Shown: positions 47,001-57,698 of the stretch, piece after piece | How positions within the stretch are numbered: position 1 is the stretch's first letter | Layout: each line of letters opens with the position of its first letter | Assembly: GCA_964036045.1 (NCBI GenBank) | Contig: OZ038378.1 | Span: forward strand, 28,086,001-28,150,000 | DNA: 64,000 bases | Direction: 5' to 3' | Source: Eutreptiella sp. 'Long Island Sound 2002' | Taxonomy: Eukaryota > Protista > Euglenida | The notes under the pieces: generated by a model | Told to the model about the DNA's origin: nothing | The model's input: the letters and a program-made list of their open reading frames with translations, nothing else | Database searches by the model: none | Program-made: the position numbers and the translations under genes

Positions 47001-47265
47001 GGGGTCAGTGGGTGGATGGGTGGGGTTTAGGATGGGGGACCCCCCCCTTTCTTATTTACTAAGCCCGGCGTATACTCTTTGAGGCCGCCTGCACTTTGTA
47101 GCATTTCGGACTATGACTCCAAGGAGATGGAAGACTGAGCCTCAAAAGTGGAGCACGGTATGAGGGGAGCAGCGTCGACAGAGGGACCGATGCGGAGCGG
47201 CATCAGTCTGCTCGTTGCAGGCCCCCCGGCATAGTCAAGAAAGAGCCCCTGGCGTCCGTTTGCAG

Positions 47266-47472
47266 GGAAAGGATGGTCTCGATGGTGCAAAACCTGCGAG
47301 AAGCCCAAGCCGCCACGCAGCCATCACTGCCACATCTGCAACGCCTGCGTGCTCAAAATGGATCATCATTGTCCGTGGATCAACCAGTGTGTGGGGCATC
47401 ACAACCACCGCTACTTCGTCCTTTTTGTGTTCTACCTCTGGCTGGCCTGCCTGTATGCCATAGTCACTATCG
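47266..47472 (+). CDS. DHHC palmitoyltransferase, exon 2 (DHHC cysteine-rich domain)
   Basis: tttgcag| acceptor with a phase-1 join. [37 protein letters not shown]. Donor G|GTATG at 47473. Confidence 0.95.
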
Positions 47473-47721
47473 GTATGCACGGCGTGTTTGAGTGGGCTTT
47501 TGTGTTGGGTGTTCTTGTGGGAAAATGCAGCGCCCACCGGCTTTCGGTTGGCCCACAACCGAGGTCGATATACAGCACCCATCAGTAGGCCTACAACTGC
47601 TGTCAGCTGTGTCCACAACCGCCATTGGTTCGCCCACAGTTGCCGTTGGCTCAGCTGATTTCTGAGATAACTGTCCTCGTTCCATGTGGCTGTACTGAGC
47701 TGGTACTGGACTGTGCTGTAG

Positions 47722-47993
47722 GTATGAACTACATGGGGTGGCTGAGGAGCGACCTGGGGACCAGCACCATCGCCATGCGCCGGGCCCGCAGCCACATCAC
47801 GTTCTCGTTCATGATCTGCCTCACGGTGTTCGTCGTCATGGTCATCTTTTTGGGCTGGAATGTATACCTCATCCTCACCAACCAGACCACCATCGAGTTC
47901 CACTACAACCGCTGGCAGCGGGGCCGGACGACCCGGAACGGCGAGATGTTCTGCAATGTCTACGATGTGGGCCGGACCCGCAATCTGCAGCAG
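47722..47993 (+). CDS. DHHC palmitoyltransferase, exon 3
   Basis: gctgtag| acceptor, TM4, NQTTIE (TTxE motif) and NVYDVGRTRNLQQ. Donor CAG|GTGCG. Confidence 0.92.
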
Positions 47994-49377
47994 GTGCGTT
48001 GTGAGAATGGGGCTGCGGTACTGAGCCCAATGCATCTGCATGGACGTGTTGTGTGCAGGGGGTATGGGAGGTCATGGACATCGCAGTGCATCGGCATCGA
48101 AGATTTTGTGCACACCACACAATGTGCAGGCCATGAGCGGCATGCCCATACCCCAACCTTTTAACTTTTTGACGCCACAAATGTTCATTCTGGTCCGATC
48201 CAGCCTATTGCCTACTGCATCACTGGCGACGTTTCGAAACCCTCTTCGCCGATTCATTGGCATGGTTTGTGCTCAGAGTGGCACCCCCATCGGGGTTGGG
48301 GGTGGGGGGTTAAGGGTGAGGGCTGACCGCCCCCCCCCCCCCCACTCCAGACCCCCCAAACTACGGCAATGGGGAGGAGGAGGAGGAGGTGAACACCCGC
48401 CGGCTTGGGCCTCAGAGGCTCATCAGCACCGTTTTGTAGTCACTCATGGTGAATGGGGAACGGGTTTGTAGCCGCCGCCGTGTGTATTCAACATGCTCAG
48501 AGTGAATCAGGGAATTCAAAAATACTCCCCAAACCGAAACTCTCTTGACCCCCCCCCCCCCCCGACCCCTGCTCACGCCGCGGGCGGGGGAGGGTGAGGG
48601 GTCCGGAACTGAATTGTACCCTTTGGAACCCCCTCCCCGTGCATCGCTGTGGACATACTGCGCACAGAGCATGCCAGTGCACCGGGGTTTTCAGTGGCAC
48701 GTATTTGTGTGGTTTTGCCTTTGAAACAGTGGTAGATGGGTGTTTAGTGGTATCGTGTGGCCTGGCATGGGGGCTGTCGGATCTGCTACTAAAACTGATG
48801 GTGTGGGTGTGTCGAACATGGCATCGGGTGGGCCTTCCCTTCCCTGTTTCCTTCCACTTGCTTCTTTACAGGTTGTGACCCCCCCCCCCCTGCATATCCT
48901 CTCCGCCCCACCCCCCCCCGCCACCCTTTGCCCGACGGAATCACTACCTGGCACGGATGGTATGCGCCCCCTCCAGAGCGTGCACAATCCGTACCATTTA
49001 GCGCACGGGCAAGGGCGGTTTTTTTTGTGCACACACTCGAGGGTCTCAGCATGTCTATTCCTGCGGATCATTCTGCACCATGTTCCACGCCTCCCCCCCC
49101 CCTGTTGGCGCTGGGTGGGCACTGTGTGGCTGCAAAATGCAGGAAGCACGTGCGGATAATGATGCAGGGGGGCAAAGACGACGTTTGCTTCTGATACGGC
49201 TGGTGCCCAGGAGGAGTTGATCGGAAGATGCCCCCCGATGTGACTCCTCCTGTGCATTTCTGAGTCTCGCCACTCCGTTGTTGCCGGCTACTTTGCATTT
49301 GTGGTCCATGCGAGGCTTTGTGGGGCGAAAGCCCAGAGGCAGTGGTGTCCAACTATTTCCTCATTTCTGCGCCGCAG

Positions 49378-49497
49378 GTGTTCGGTCCGTACAAACGGTT
49401 GTTCCAGTTGACGCTGCCGGTGGCGCGCCCGCTCCCGAACGACGGGACAACTTGGCTGAAGGTTGGCGAGGACGTGGACGACGACGATCTCTTCTAG
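49378..49497 (+). CDS. DHHC palmitoyltransferase, exon 4 (terminal)
   Basis: ctcatttctgcgccgcag| acceptor. VFGPYKRLFQLTLPVARPLPNDGTTW... completes the conserved C-terminal motif and ends at TAG. The spliced CDS is 915 nt (304 aa). Confidence 0.9.
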   Translation: MFGPYKRLFQLTLPVARPLPNDGTTWLKVGEDVDDDDLF

Positions 49498-52400
49498 TCC
49501 TCTAGTCCACCTGAACCACCGAGAGCGCCGACCTCCCTGCGGAATACCCTCAGACGCACGACGGAAGCCCCGCGCCCCACATCTGGACGGAGGGCATCTG
49601 GATTCCCCCAGAGGCCGATCTGGTGAACTGGTGACCCTGCGGATGGGAACACGAGTGCGACTTGCCCCGCATGAGCAGTCTGTGCGAAACAGCGGTGGGA
49701 AAGGAATTGTTGTGCAAACCCCCCCCCCCCCAAAAATTCTGCCCCTCTTCTTGTGGCACTGAGTCCGGTCGGAGGCCAGAGAGGGCGGGGGGGGGGGGGT
49801 GAACCATCGAAGGGGGATTCGGTTTGGCGGTTGGTACTTCCGGTGTCACGCACTTATGTGTGCGCTTTGTTGAGGCGTGCCTCGGGGTTTTGAGGGGTAA
49901 TTGGAGCCCTTCCTCCCCCATCTTTCTTTTGTAAGGCGTCCCGGTGTGCGGCCGGGGAATGGGCACCGTGGGGGCGGTATGGGGCAATCCTGAGCGGGGT
50001 GGGGGGGAGGGCAGGCATTCTACTCTGACCGGGGCGCTCCTCAGGGGCGTTCACCCCCCCCTTTTTTTGCACTAGCCCCTCCCTCTCAACCCGCCTTGGT
50101 CACCCTCCAACCGTCCAGTCCTGTTGTTGTTTTTCCTCTTCAGGACCGCCCGGACTCAGACATGCGGAAGTGCATCATACCCCACCCACCCTCGGAGACC
50201 CCGCATGCCTCGATCAGCGAATGGGACACTTTGCAAAGAACCTCAGGTCCACGTGGCACCCTTCACACAGCCCCTCTTCCCCCACCTCCATTGGGGTTCC
50301 TGGGCGCAGCACACGCTGTCACCGCCGTCAACTGGCGCTTGTTATTGTTGTTGTTGTTGTTTGGGGGACCGGGGGTTAGACCCAGACACTTGTCACAGGG
50401 GACCCACGCCCAACCGGCACTCTTCATGGGGCGCTTCCGGCCCAAAGGGCACGTTTCACACACCCAACATGCGCCTTTCACGGGATGCCCATGGCCCATT
50501 CACTTCGTGCGGGGCCCATCCAGCGCTTTCCAATGGCGACCCGGGCACACCCAGCCAGCCTTTATGGACCACTTCCTCAGCTGCTCCGTGGCAATCGGCT
50601 GTTGGTACCGGGCGCAGACTGCCGCAGCTGTGTCTCAGCTGTGGAGAGGCACCTCTTCAGATCAGCTGTGGGGGGGGGGGGGAGTGGAACACAGGAAGAA
50701 AGGTGGGGGGAAGGGGGAGAATGTGAGGGGAAGTAAGGGGGTCTCGAGGGGACAATGGGGGCAGTGCGAGTGCATGGGGAACAGTGGGGGAAAGTGCTTC
50801 AGAGGGGGATTGCGGAGGACAGTCAGGGGAAGTGGGCATGGGACACTGGGGAGCAGTGGGGGATGGCCATGTGGCCAAGATGCGAAATGGCACAGACGCA
50901 AGGAAGCCGGTCCCATTTCCTCATGCAGGTGAGTGCCGCTGAATGGGTGTGCGGGCAGTCAGATTGCACAGCATGCACATCCCCCAGGCATCTCGGGGCT
51001 CGGCGAGGGGATGCTCTAGTTAGAGCCCACGCAGTCAGCCCTTGCCACAAGGTCACCAGGCCACAGAGCGTCAGCAATTGCACTGGAGCTTGCAGCGCAC
51101 AGCTACTGGGTTTGTGTGCTGAGATCGTGACACACCACAGCCACATGCCCCCAGTGGCTCCAAACACGGTGCGAGACTCACATCCCACCACCATACACGA
51201 CGTCCCACTTGCCCATTTGGGGGCAAAGCAATTTACACTTGGAACCTCAAACGGCCTGGCAAAACCACCTCCCGGGCATAGCTCTGTCCACCATCGATCC
51301 CCCAGGAATCCAAGCAACTGTGATTCGTAGCACCTCTGGCTCATTTGATCTGTTTTTTTGTTCCCACCAAGGCTCTGTGTGTGGCTTTGATTGGGTGTTG
51401 AGCCGTTGGTAAACAACTTGCTGCACCCGACATGAGGTTGTGAGAAGCAGACACGGAGCTCCTGTTCATCTGCAACTTTTGTGCACTTCAGTGGGCAAGG
51501 TGGTGCAGTAGTGTGGTCTGTACTCACTTGATTGGGGATGTTGTGCTAATGCTGCTGCTGCATTTCTTCCGAATTGATGGACAATGCTCAGTTTGTTCAT
51601 TGTCTACCAATTCCGGACCATTTGGTGCAGCTACAACAGTGCCTTTTCTGAGCAGTTGCATGTGTTGCAGTTCCATGTTCGACATGCACAGAATCATGTA
51701 TACCTGCACGATCCCTGCGACAGTGTTGCTGTGTTCGCTTGTTCGCTTGAGCTTTGGAGGTACTTTCACAAGGGGGAGATGCTCAAGATGCACAAACACA
51801 TGATTGTTATTTCCCCCTTTCTCCCCAACCCCTCGTGTGCAGCATACCAACCCCCAAAACATCCAAAACATAGACGAACACTATGGCTTGCACACCCTTA
51901 CCCAACTTCTCACCCAGGTGGTGCAGTGTCCAGCATGTACGCACCATCCGTGCGTGCACCATCCGAACATTTCATTCGTTCCTAATTGCCACAACTTCAA
52001 TTGTGGCCCCCAATCCTACCAGTATTTGATGTGGGAGGAGAGGCAGCAGCACGTTTGGAACATGTGTTGGGGCTTGGCATTGGGTTTTCTAGCATGTCCC
52101 TGGGTGTGTTTCACATGTTGGGGTGGATCATTCTTTGAATCCAAGCTTTACTGACCCTTCCAGCAGCAGGGGAGAAGCAGCCAACAAAAATCCAACGTCC
52201 AATGTGAGAACAGAGTTTGCCCCCAATATAGCAGGCAATATGAAGCCACTTGATACGCAACTAACCACATGGCCGCACGTGATTGGTCTGCAGGCCGTCC
52301 ACAGGTTGGTCTACTTCATCTTTGGCTGTCCCTGATGAGGAACAGCATGGCCCTGAAGTTGAGGCCATGTACCACCTGTTTTGTTCCCACAGCCCTGAAC

Positions 52401-54816
52401 AAATGGAACCAATTTCTGAAGATGACTCCCCCCCCTTCACCCTGCACTGCCATGCAGTGCAGACAACACTGTGAAAACTGAGCAAGTCCAAATATCAAAC
52501 GGGTAAAATCACCATTTATCCTTTTCAAAGACCACACTCACCGTATCCACCTCAAAGTAGCCTCAAGCATCCATTTACTGGAGGCGCACCGTGTGCTGTG
52601 CGAAAAGCCGGCTGTTTTCCACTACCGGTAGCCACAGATCCCAAGGTCCTGAATTCTGCACCCTACCACCCCCCTGCTGGTACACCAGGGATTTTTTTTT
52701 TAGGCTGATGCTTGCCACGGGTCCCAGGGTCCTGAATTCTGCACCCCATGCTGTTTTGAATTGATCATACATCCTTCTGCAGGTGGGTAGTCTTCAGGGG
52801 TGTTCCTGGGATAAAGAACGTAATCATTGGCGCTGTGCGAAAACGCCCCCACTGTTCACTTTTGCTCCGCCCTTGTATGTGCCTTTCTCAGCCTGTCACA
52901 AGGTCTGATTCTCGTGATGTCGGCTGGCCGCCAACTGCACATTTTGTGGATTTGTTGTCGAATGCTATCCCCTTGATCTTAGGATTTGTGCTTCAAGCAT
53001 AAACAGGTCAAGATTGTGCACCCTCTGGCTGCACCAGTGGGCCAGATCAATGCTGTGATAAGATTGCCCCCATCATGCGAAGGGGTGCTCCTAGTTGGGT
53101 ACACAAGGCACCATCCTGCAGACACTAAGTACAATTCCATCTCAGCTCATTTGACCTCCATTTGATTTGTTGGCTGATTTATCACCTTCTCCATAATCCA
53201 AGCAACACTTAACCTCAACCTGATCTGTGCTAATGCTGGTTCTGGTTTTTCTGCAAATCTGGTCCGGCACCTGGGGCGCATGGTATATTGATTTTCTGTT
53301 TTCAGTTTGGGATGATGTGCAAGTTGGAGATTTTTCGCACCTGCGGGCGGAGGGTTTCCTTTTGTGGAATGAGCCAATTTGCATTTGGCAGTGGATTTGC
53401 TGATTTGCTTAGGTTTGGGACCAAGTGGAGTGAATGATCAGGGAAGAATCAGCCCCCCAATGCCAGTTCTTGTGCCTCGTGCCACACGTATTGAGCCAAC
53501 AAGGAGCAATTTGTTTTCTATCCAGGATAGGTATCCAGACAACATCTGTCAGAGAAGAGTCGCTCCCACCCACCCATCTCTACCTGTCTGCATTAATCTT
53601 CTATCTCTATCTATCTCCTTCCAGGTGCGGATATCCCAACCCACACAGGCCACTGCAACCTCTGTCTTGCAACCGTTTGTTTCTTGGAATTTGATGATTT
53701 GATATGCATGCACCCCATCCCAAGAAGCTGATCCCCCCCCCTCCCCACAAAGAAACACACCAAATGTTTTTTGCGGTCTTTGCTGGTGCATGCTGTGCAG
53801 GAGTGTCTGATCTCTTGGACCAGCATGGTGATGCCCACCCACCACCAACTATTGGCTGTGCTACCAACTGCTAGCTTGGCTGATAATTGTAATACCACCA
53901 ATAACCCAAGTGTGTGTCGCAAAAGCTTCAGGTGGTGCACTCGTTGTGTGTTGTGGTATTGTTTCATCCTGTTTAGCAGACAACATTGAGTTTGACAGAT
54001 TCAGCTCTTGAAGCGGCCAAAACAATATTTTATTCGGTTCAGTTTTTCAGTTTTCAACCAAGACAAGTTTTGTAAGGTACCCTGACCAATAACTGTGCTA
54101 GAAGATGGCATGATGTCTTGTGTGTGATCAGACATCTATAACGAAGTGCGATGAACATAGAATCAAGACCTCATACATGACATTATATGAAAGGGTTGTG
54201 GGAGGGAAGGGTTGCATGAATCCGTCGTTGTTTTGTCCTGTTTTCTTTCCCATGGTGCCAAGCACCATGAAAAGAAAGACCATTGTATGCTGAAACCAAA
54301 AAAGCACAAATTCAAGACTTCGTAACTCGGGCCTACTGTGACGGAGTTGACAAACCAAAAGCTAATTTTGATTAGTTTTGTTTTATGGTCTGTCTTCGTG
54401 TATTTGACAGTGCGGCATCGGTTGCTGATTGTGAGACAATGAAAGATCGGTGCTCAAAAATCCAAAAAAACAAAATGAAAGCAAAAAAGCGTTGATATAG
54501 CATTATACGTGGTTAAAGGCCATTGCTAAATCAGGTTTTGGATCGAAATTTTTCTGCTTGCAGTTCGTTTTACTATTTGGATAGGAGAGCGCGCCAACAT
54601 CATGTGAGATCACTGTCACCGTTGTGTAGCACTCTGCTGTCAAATACCTGATATCGGAATGCCATTTCTTTGGATTTTAGGTCTGTGGCTGACAAATAGT
54701 TTTATTTGGGATGTAAAAGTTGCTAGTGCACTTTTGGATCGCATCTTTAGCTTATCTACAAATAGTGGATGCTGAACGCAAAAAACTCAAAGTTGTGACG
54801 CTGCTATTTTTCCAAT

Positions 54817-54896
54817 CCTTAGTTTATGGATATAAACTATAGTTTAGGACTCCGACTGTGTTGCATAGTGTGTTCTTTGCACTGATGGTTGGGTCC
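54817..54896 (+). repeat. Terminal repeat A1 (copy A2 at 59587-59666)
   Basis: Exact 80-bp match. It contains the gag ATG (54885). Confidence 0.95.
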
Positions 54897-55889
54897 GATG
54901 CAAATGGGGGTACGGGACAAGGGGGGGCCAGTCGAGCAACAAGCGCGTCATCAGCAGAAGTGGTCCAGGATCAGAGAGCCGCGGACATGATCACTGAGGA
55001 GGTGGACCAGGTGCGGTCTGACTGGAAGAAGTGGACAGCAGGGCCGTACAGGGTATTACTCCAGAGTGAGGCCTACAAGATGAACGTGGCGGAATGGGAA
55101 ATCGGCATGCACGAGTGGCTGGCGGTGGAGGACGTGTCGGATGAGATGCTGCAGCAGTTCATGGATACAGTCGGAGGAGATTTCACCGACAAGGCGGACT
55201 TGATCAGGGCAATGGGAGTGTATCACGGCCGGAAGCACATGCGACCCGATTTCGACGCGGGAATCTTCGTCAAAGATGCATACACCATCGTGGAAGCAGA
55301 TCAAACGCCCAACAAGCAACGGATAGCGGAACTGGAGGCGAAGCTGGCCAGGGCCACCCTCGAGATGGAGAAGGCAAAAGCGCAGGCAGCCCCGGCGCTC
55401 ACCGACGAGGAGATAGCGAAAATGCTGGGCAGGGCATTGCCATACCAGTGGATGACCACGCTGGCATCCGCGGTGGCAGAGCTGCAGACCAGACCTTTGA
55501 ATGCGGGAAACTGGCGGGAGGACAAGTTCGTGTTGGCGGTATGGAACGTGCTACACCAAGAAATCCTGGCGAAACAAAATGGTAGGGCGACAGTCCAGCA
55601 GCACAACGCGCAGACCCCGCAGACACCCAAGCAACAGACGGGAGCTACTGGCGAAGGACGGCCTGCCAAGCCGGGCAGGTGCTTCCGGTGTGGCGAAGAC
55701 GGGCACTGGGCCGCAGACTGCGGCAAGAAGGGGTCCACTGGAGGTTTCCAGCAGATCGGCGACACCAGGCTTTGGGTGTCGGCGAAAGGAGTGGCATACG
55801 ACACCAGCAAGCCGCCCCCCACGCCGTGCATAAAATGTGGCCATATGCACTGGTCCAAAGACCCCTGTCCGGCAGGGGAGGGCCAGTGA
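54885..55889 (+). CDS. Gag-like protein with two zinc knuckles
   Basis: Intact 334-aa ORF with a coiled-coil segment, CFRCGEDGHWAADC (CX2CX4HX4C) and CIKCGHMHWSKDPC. Confidence 0.88.
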   Translation: MVGSDANGGTGQGGASRATSASSAEVVQDQRAADMITEEVDQVRSDWKKWTAGPYRVLLQSEAYKMNVAEWEIGMHEWLAVEDVSDEMLQQFMDTVGGDFTDKADLIRAMGVYHGRKHMRPDFDAGIFVKDAYTIVEADQTPNKQRIAELEAKLARATLEMEKAKAQAAPALTDEEIAKMLGRALPYQWMTTLASAVAELQTRPLNAGNWREDKFVLAVWNVLHQEILAKQNGRATVQQHNAQTPQTPKQQTGATGEGRPAKPGRCFRCGEDGHWAADCGKKGSTGGFQQIGDTRLWVSAKGVAYDTSKPPPTPCIKCGHMHWSKDPCPAGEGQ

Positions 55890-56021
55890 AGGGGCGGGGG
55901 GGGCCCGGAGGTCCCCACTGGGGCCCCCACAGTCCGCGATGCATGAGAGGCGTTACAGCATGTCCGGAGGCTCACGCACACCGACTCAGGGTCAAGCACG
56001 GGAGCGACAGCCATCCGGGTC

Positions 56022-57698
56022 ATGGAACCCGGGTCGGTGGACACGTACACCAGCGCGCTGCGACAAGCACTGCTGGCCGGCACACCAGACGAGCTCCTGA
56101 TGGGCGCCGTGGAGAGGAGGCTCAATGCCTTGGGAGCCAAGCGAAAGAGCGGGTCAAGCGCGACAGCACTCATCTCAGGGGTGCGGCTACTGGAAAAGCT
56201 ACGCATCATCCAAGCGGTGGTTACCGAGGTCCACTGGATGCAAGCCAGGGCGATTGGTAAAGGATGGGCGCGCAGGGCACAACCTAAGCCGGTCGCCACA
56301 TGGGACCACCTCGAGACGATCACCACTAGCCGGGGCCACTAGGCCTGGGGCCGGCTGGTGTGCCTGGCCATTTGCAGCATCGTGTACCTCTGGAGGGTGG
56401 GCGACGCGGCCAGCGTCACGTGGGAGTGGATATCAGTGCCGGGGTTCGTTACATTCTGGGACGAAAAGCGCAACAAGAAGGTCACCACATACGCCCTCTC
56501 GCCTTTTCTCGAGGCGTGGAGGGCATATCTCTGGAAACACAGACCTGGACACGTGCAAGTACGACAGCCGCTGGTCCCAGGTGGAAGGTCGGTGCTACAA
56601 ACGGTGCTCCAGCAAGTGGTGCAACACCGGGACCTCCCAAAAGCTGCCTGGCACGGCCTCAAGAAGCTGGGGGCCGTGTCCTGGGGGCACCAAGGCGGAA
56701 AGTTGCGGGGGCTGCAAGTGTGGGGCCGCTGGTGGTCACAGGCCCAGCCCAGACATTACTGGAAGACACCGCCAGGATGGACACTACCGGCAGAAGTCCA
56801 CGTGCCATGGCCGGTGGGGAACAGCGGATGGTTGGCCAGAGATGTGGAGGGACGACTGGTCCAACCCAAGTCACTCTGGCCCGCGGATGCATGGTCACCA
56901 GTGCCGAAGATCCCAGCAGCCATGTTCACCAGGGGGGACAGGGACAACCCCGAACCACCGGGAGACGACTCTGACACCTCCAGCGCCTGCACGTCAGATG
57001 AGGGGCCAGATGCGGCAGACGAGGAAACGCCAACGACAGAGCCGGTGGAGTTGCTGGAGAAATTCGATGATGTCGCTCAAGGAGCGGAGGGACCGAAGGT
57101 CACGGATGGTGTGGGTGCTAAGGCTGAGAACACCGAGGTGGAGCCAACTCCTGATGACCCTGCTGCTGCAGCGAGCGACAGCAGACCTGATGAGGAGCAT
57201 GTGGTACACGTTGTGGTCGATGACTCGGATGATGGTGGTGACCCAGCTAGTGATTTGGGGGCAGACGCTGCGACACCAACGGCGACGGACGACACGCCAG
57301 CCCGACGCAAGCGGCAACGCGATGGTGACGACCTGCCCGACAGCGCCAAGCGGGCATGCAGGAGAGAACATGAAGGTGGAGGCGAGCCACCTGTGCGGGA
57401 ACCCGAATCCGACACAGCCCCACACTATGGGTATGTGGTCACAGCGACTCGGCGAGGTCCACAGTACCAGCTGTGGAGACCTGTGCAGGTGCACCGCGCT
57501 GGCCCAGATCAAGTGCCTGGAATGCGGGGCTCTGGTGACGGACCACTGGCTACAGGCCTCCAAGAAGGTGGCGGAGACGATCCGGGTGAAGGAGCAGACG
57601 GTGAGGGACCTGCTGAGGGACTACATGATGACTACTATGTGCCGATGGAACGAGGAGGCGGGGCCTGCCAGCCGTCACCTGGGAGCGGTTCTGCATGA
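56022..57698 (+). pseudogene. Tyrosine recombinase with one premature TAG (56340-56342)
   Basis: ORFs 56022-56342 and 56358-57698 are in the same frame. Motifs SVDTYTSALR, LWRVGDA (R), WHGLKK (HxxK), WGRWWS and PRHY (Y), followed by a long acidic tail. Confidence 0.8.

Noticed and set aside
47531-47660. Extra DHHC exon using the acceptor at 47530
   Set aside because: It leads to a stop or non-homologous sequence. The direct 47472-47722 join preserves frame and TM topology.
50140-50935. Exons of a gene downstream of DHHC
   Set aside because: Splice-like signals are present, but there is no coherent frame or homology.
55301-56326. 341-aa minus-strand ORF, and similar long antisense ORFs in GC-rich zones (e.g. 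19276-20655, 35108-36130)
   Set aside because: They are shadows of GC-rich coding sequence on the other strand or frame and have no motifs.
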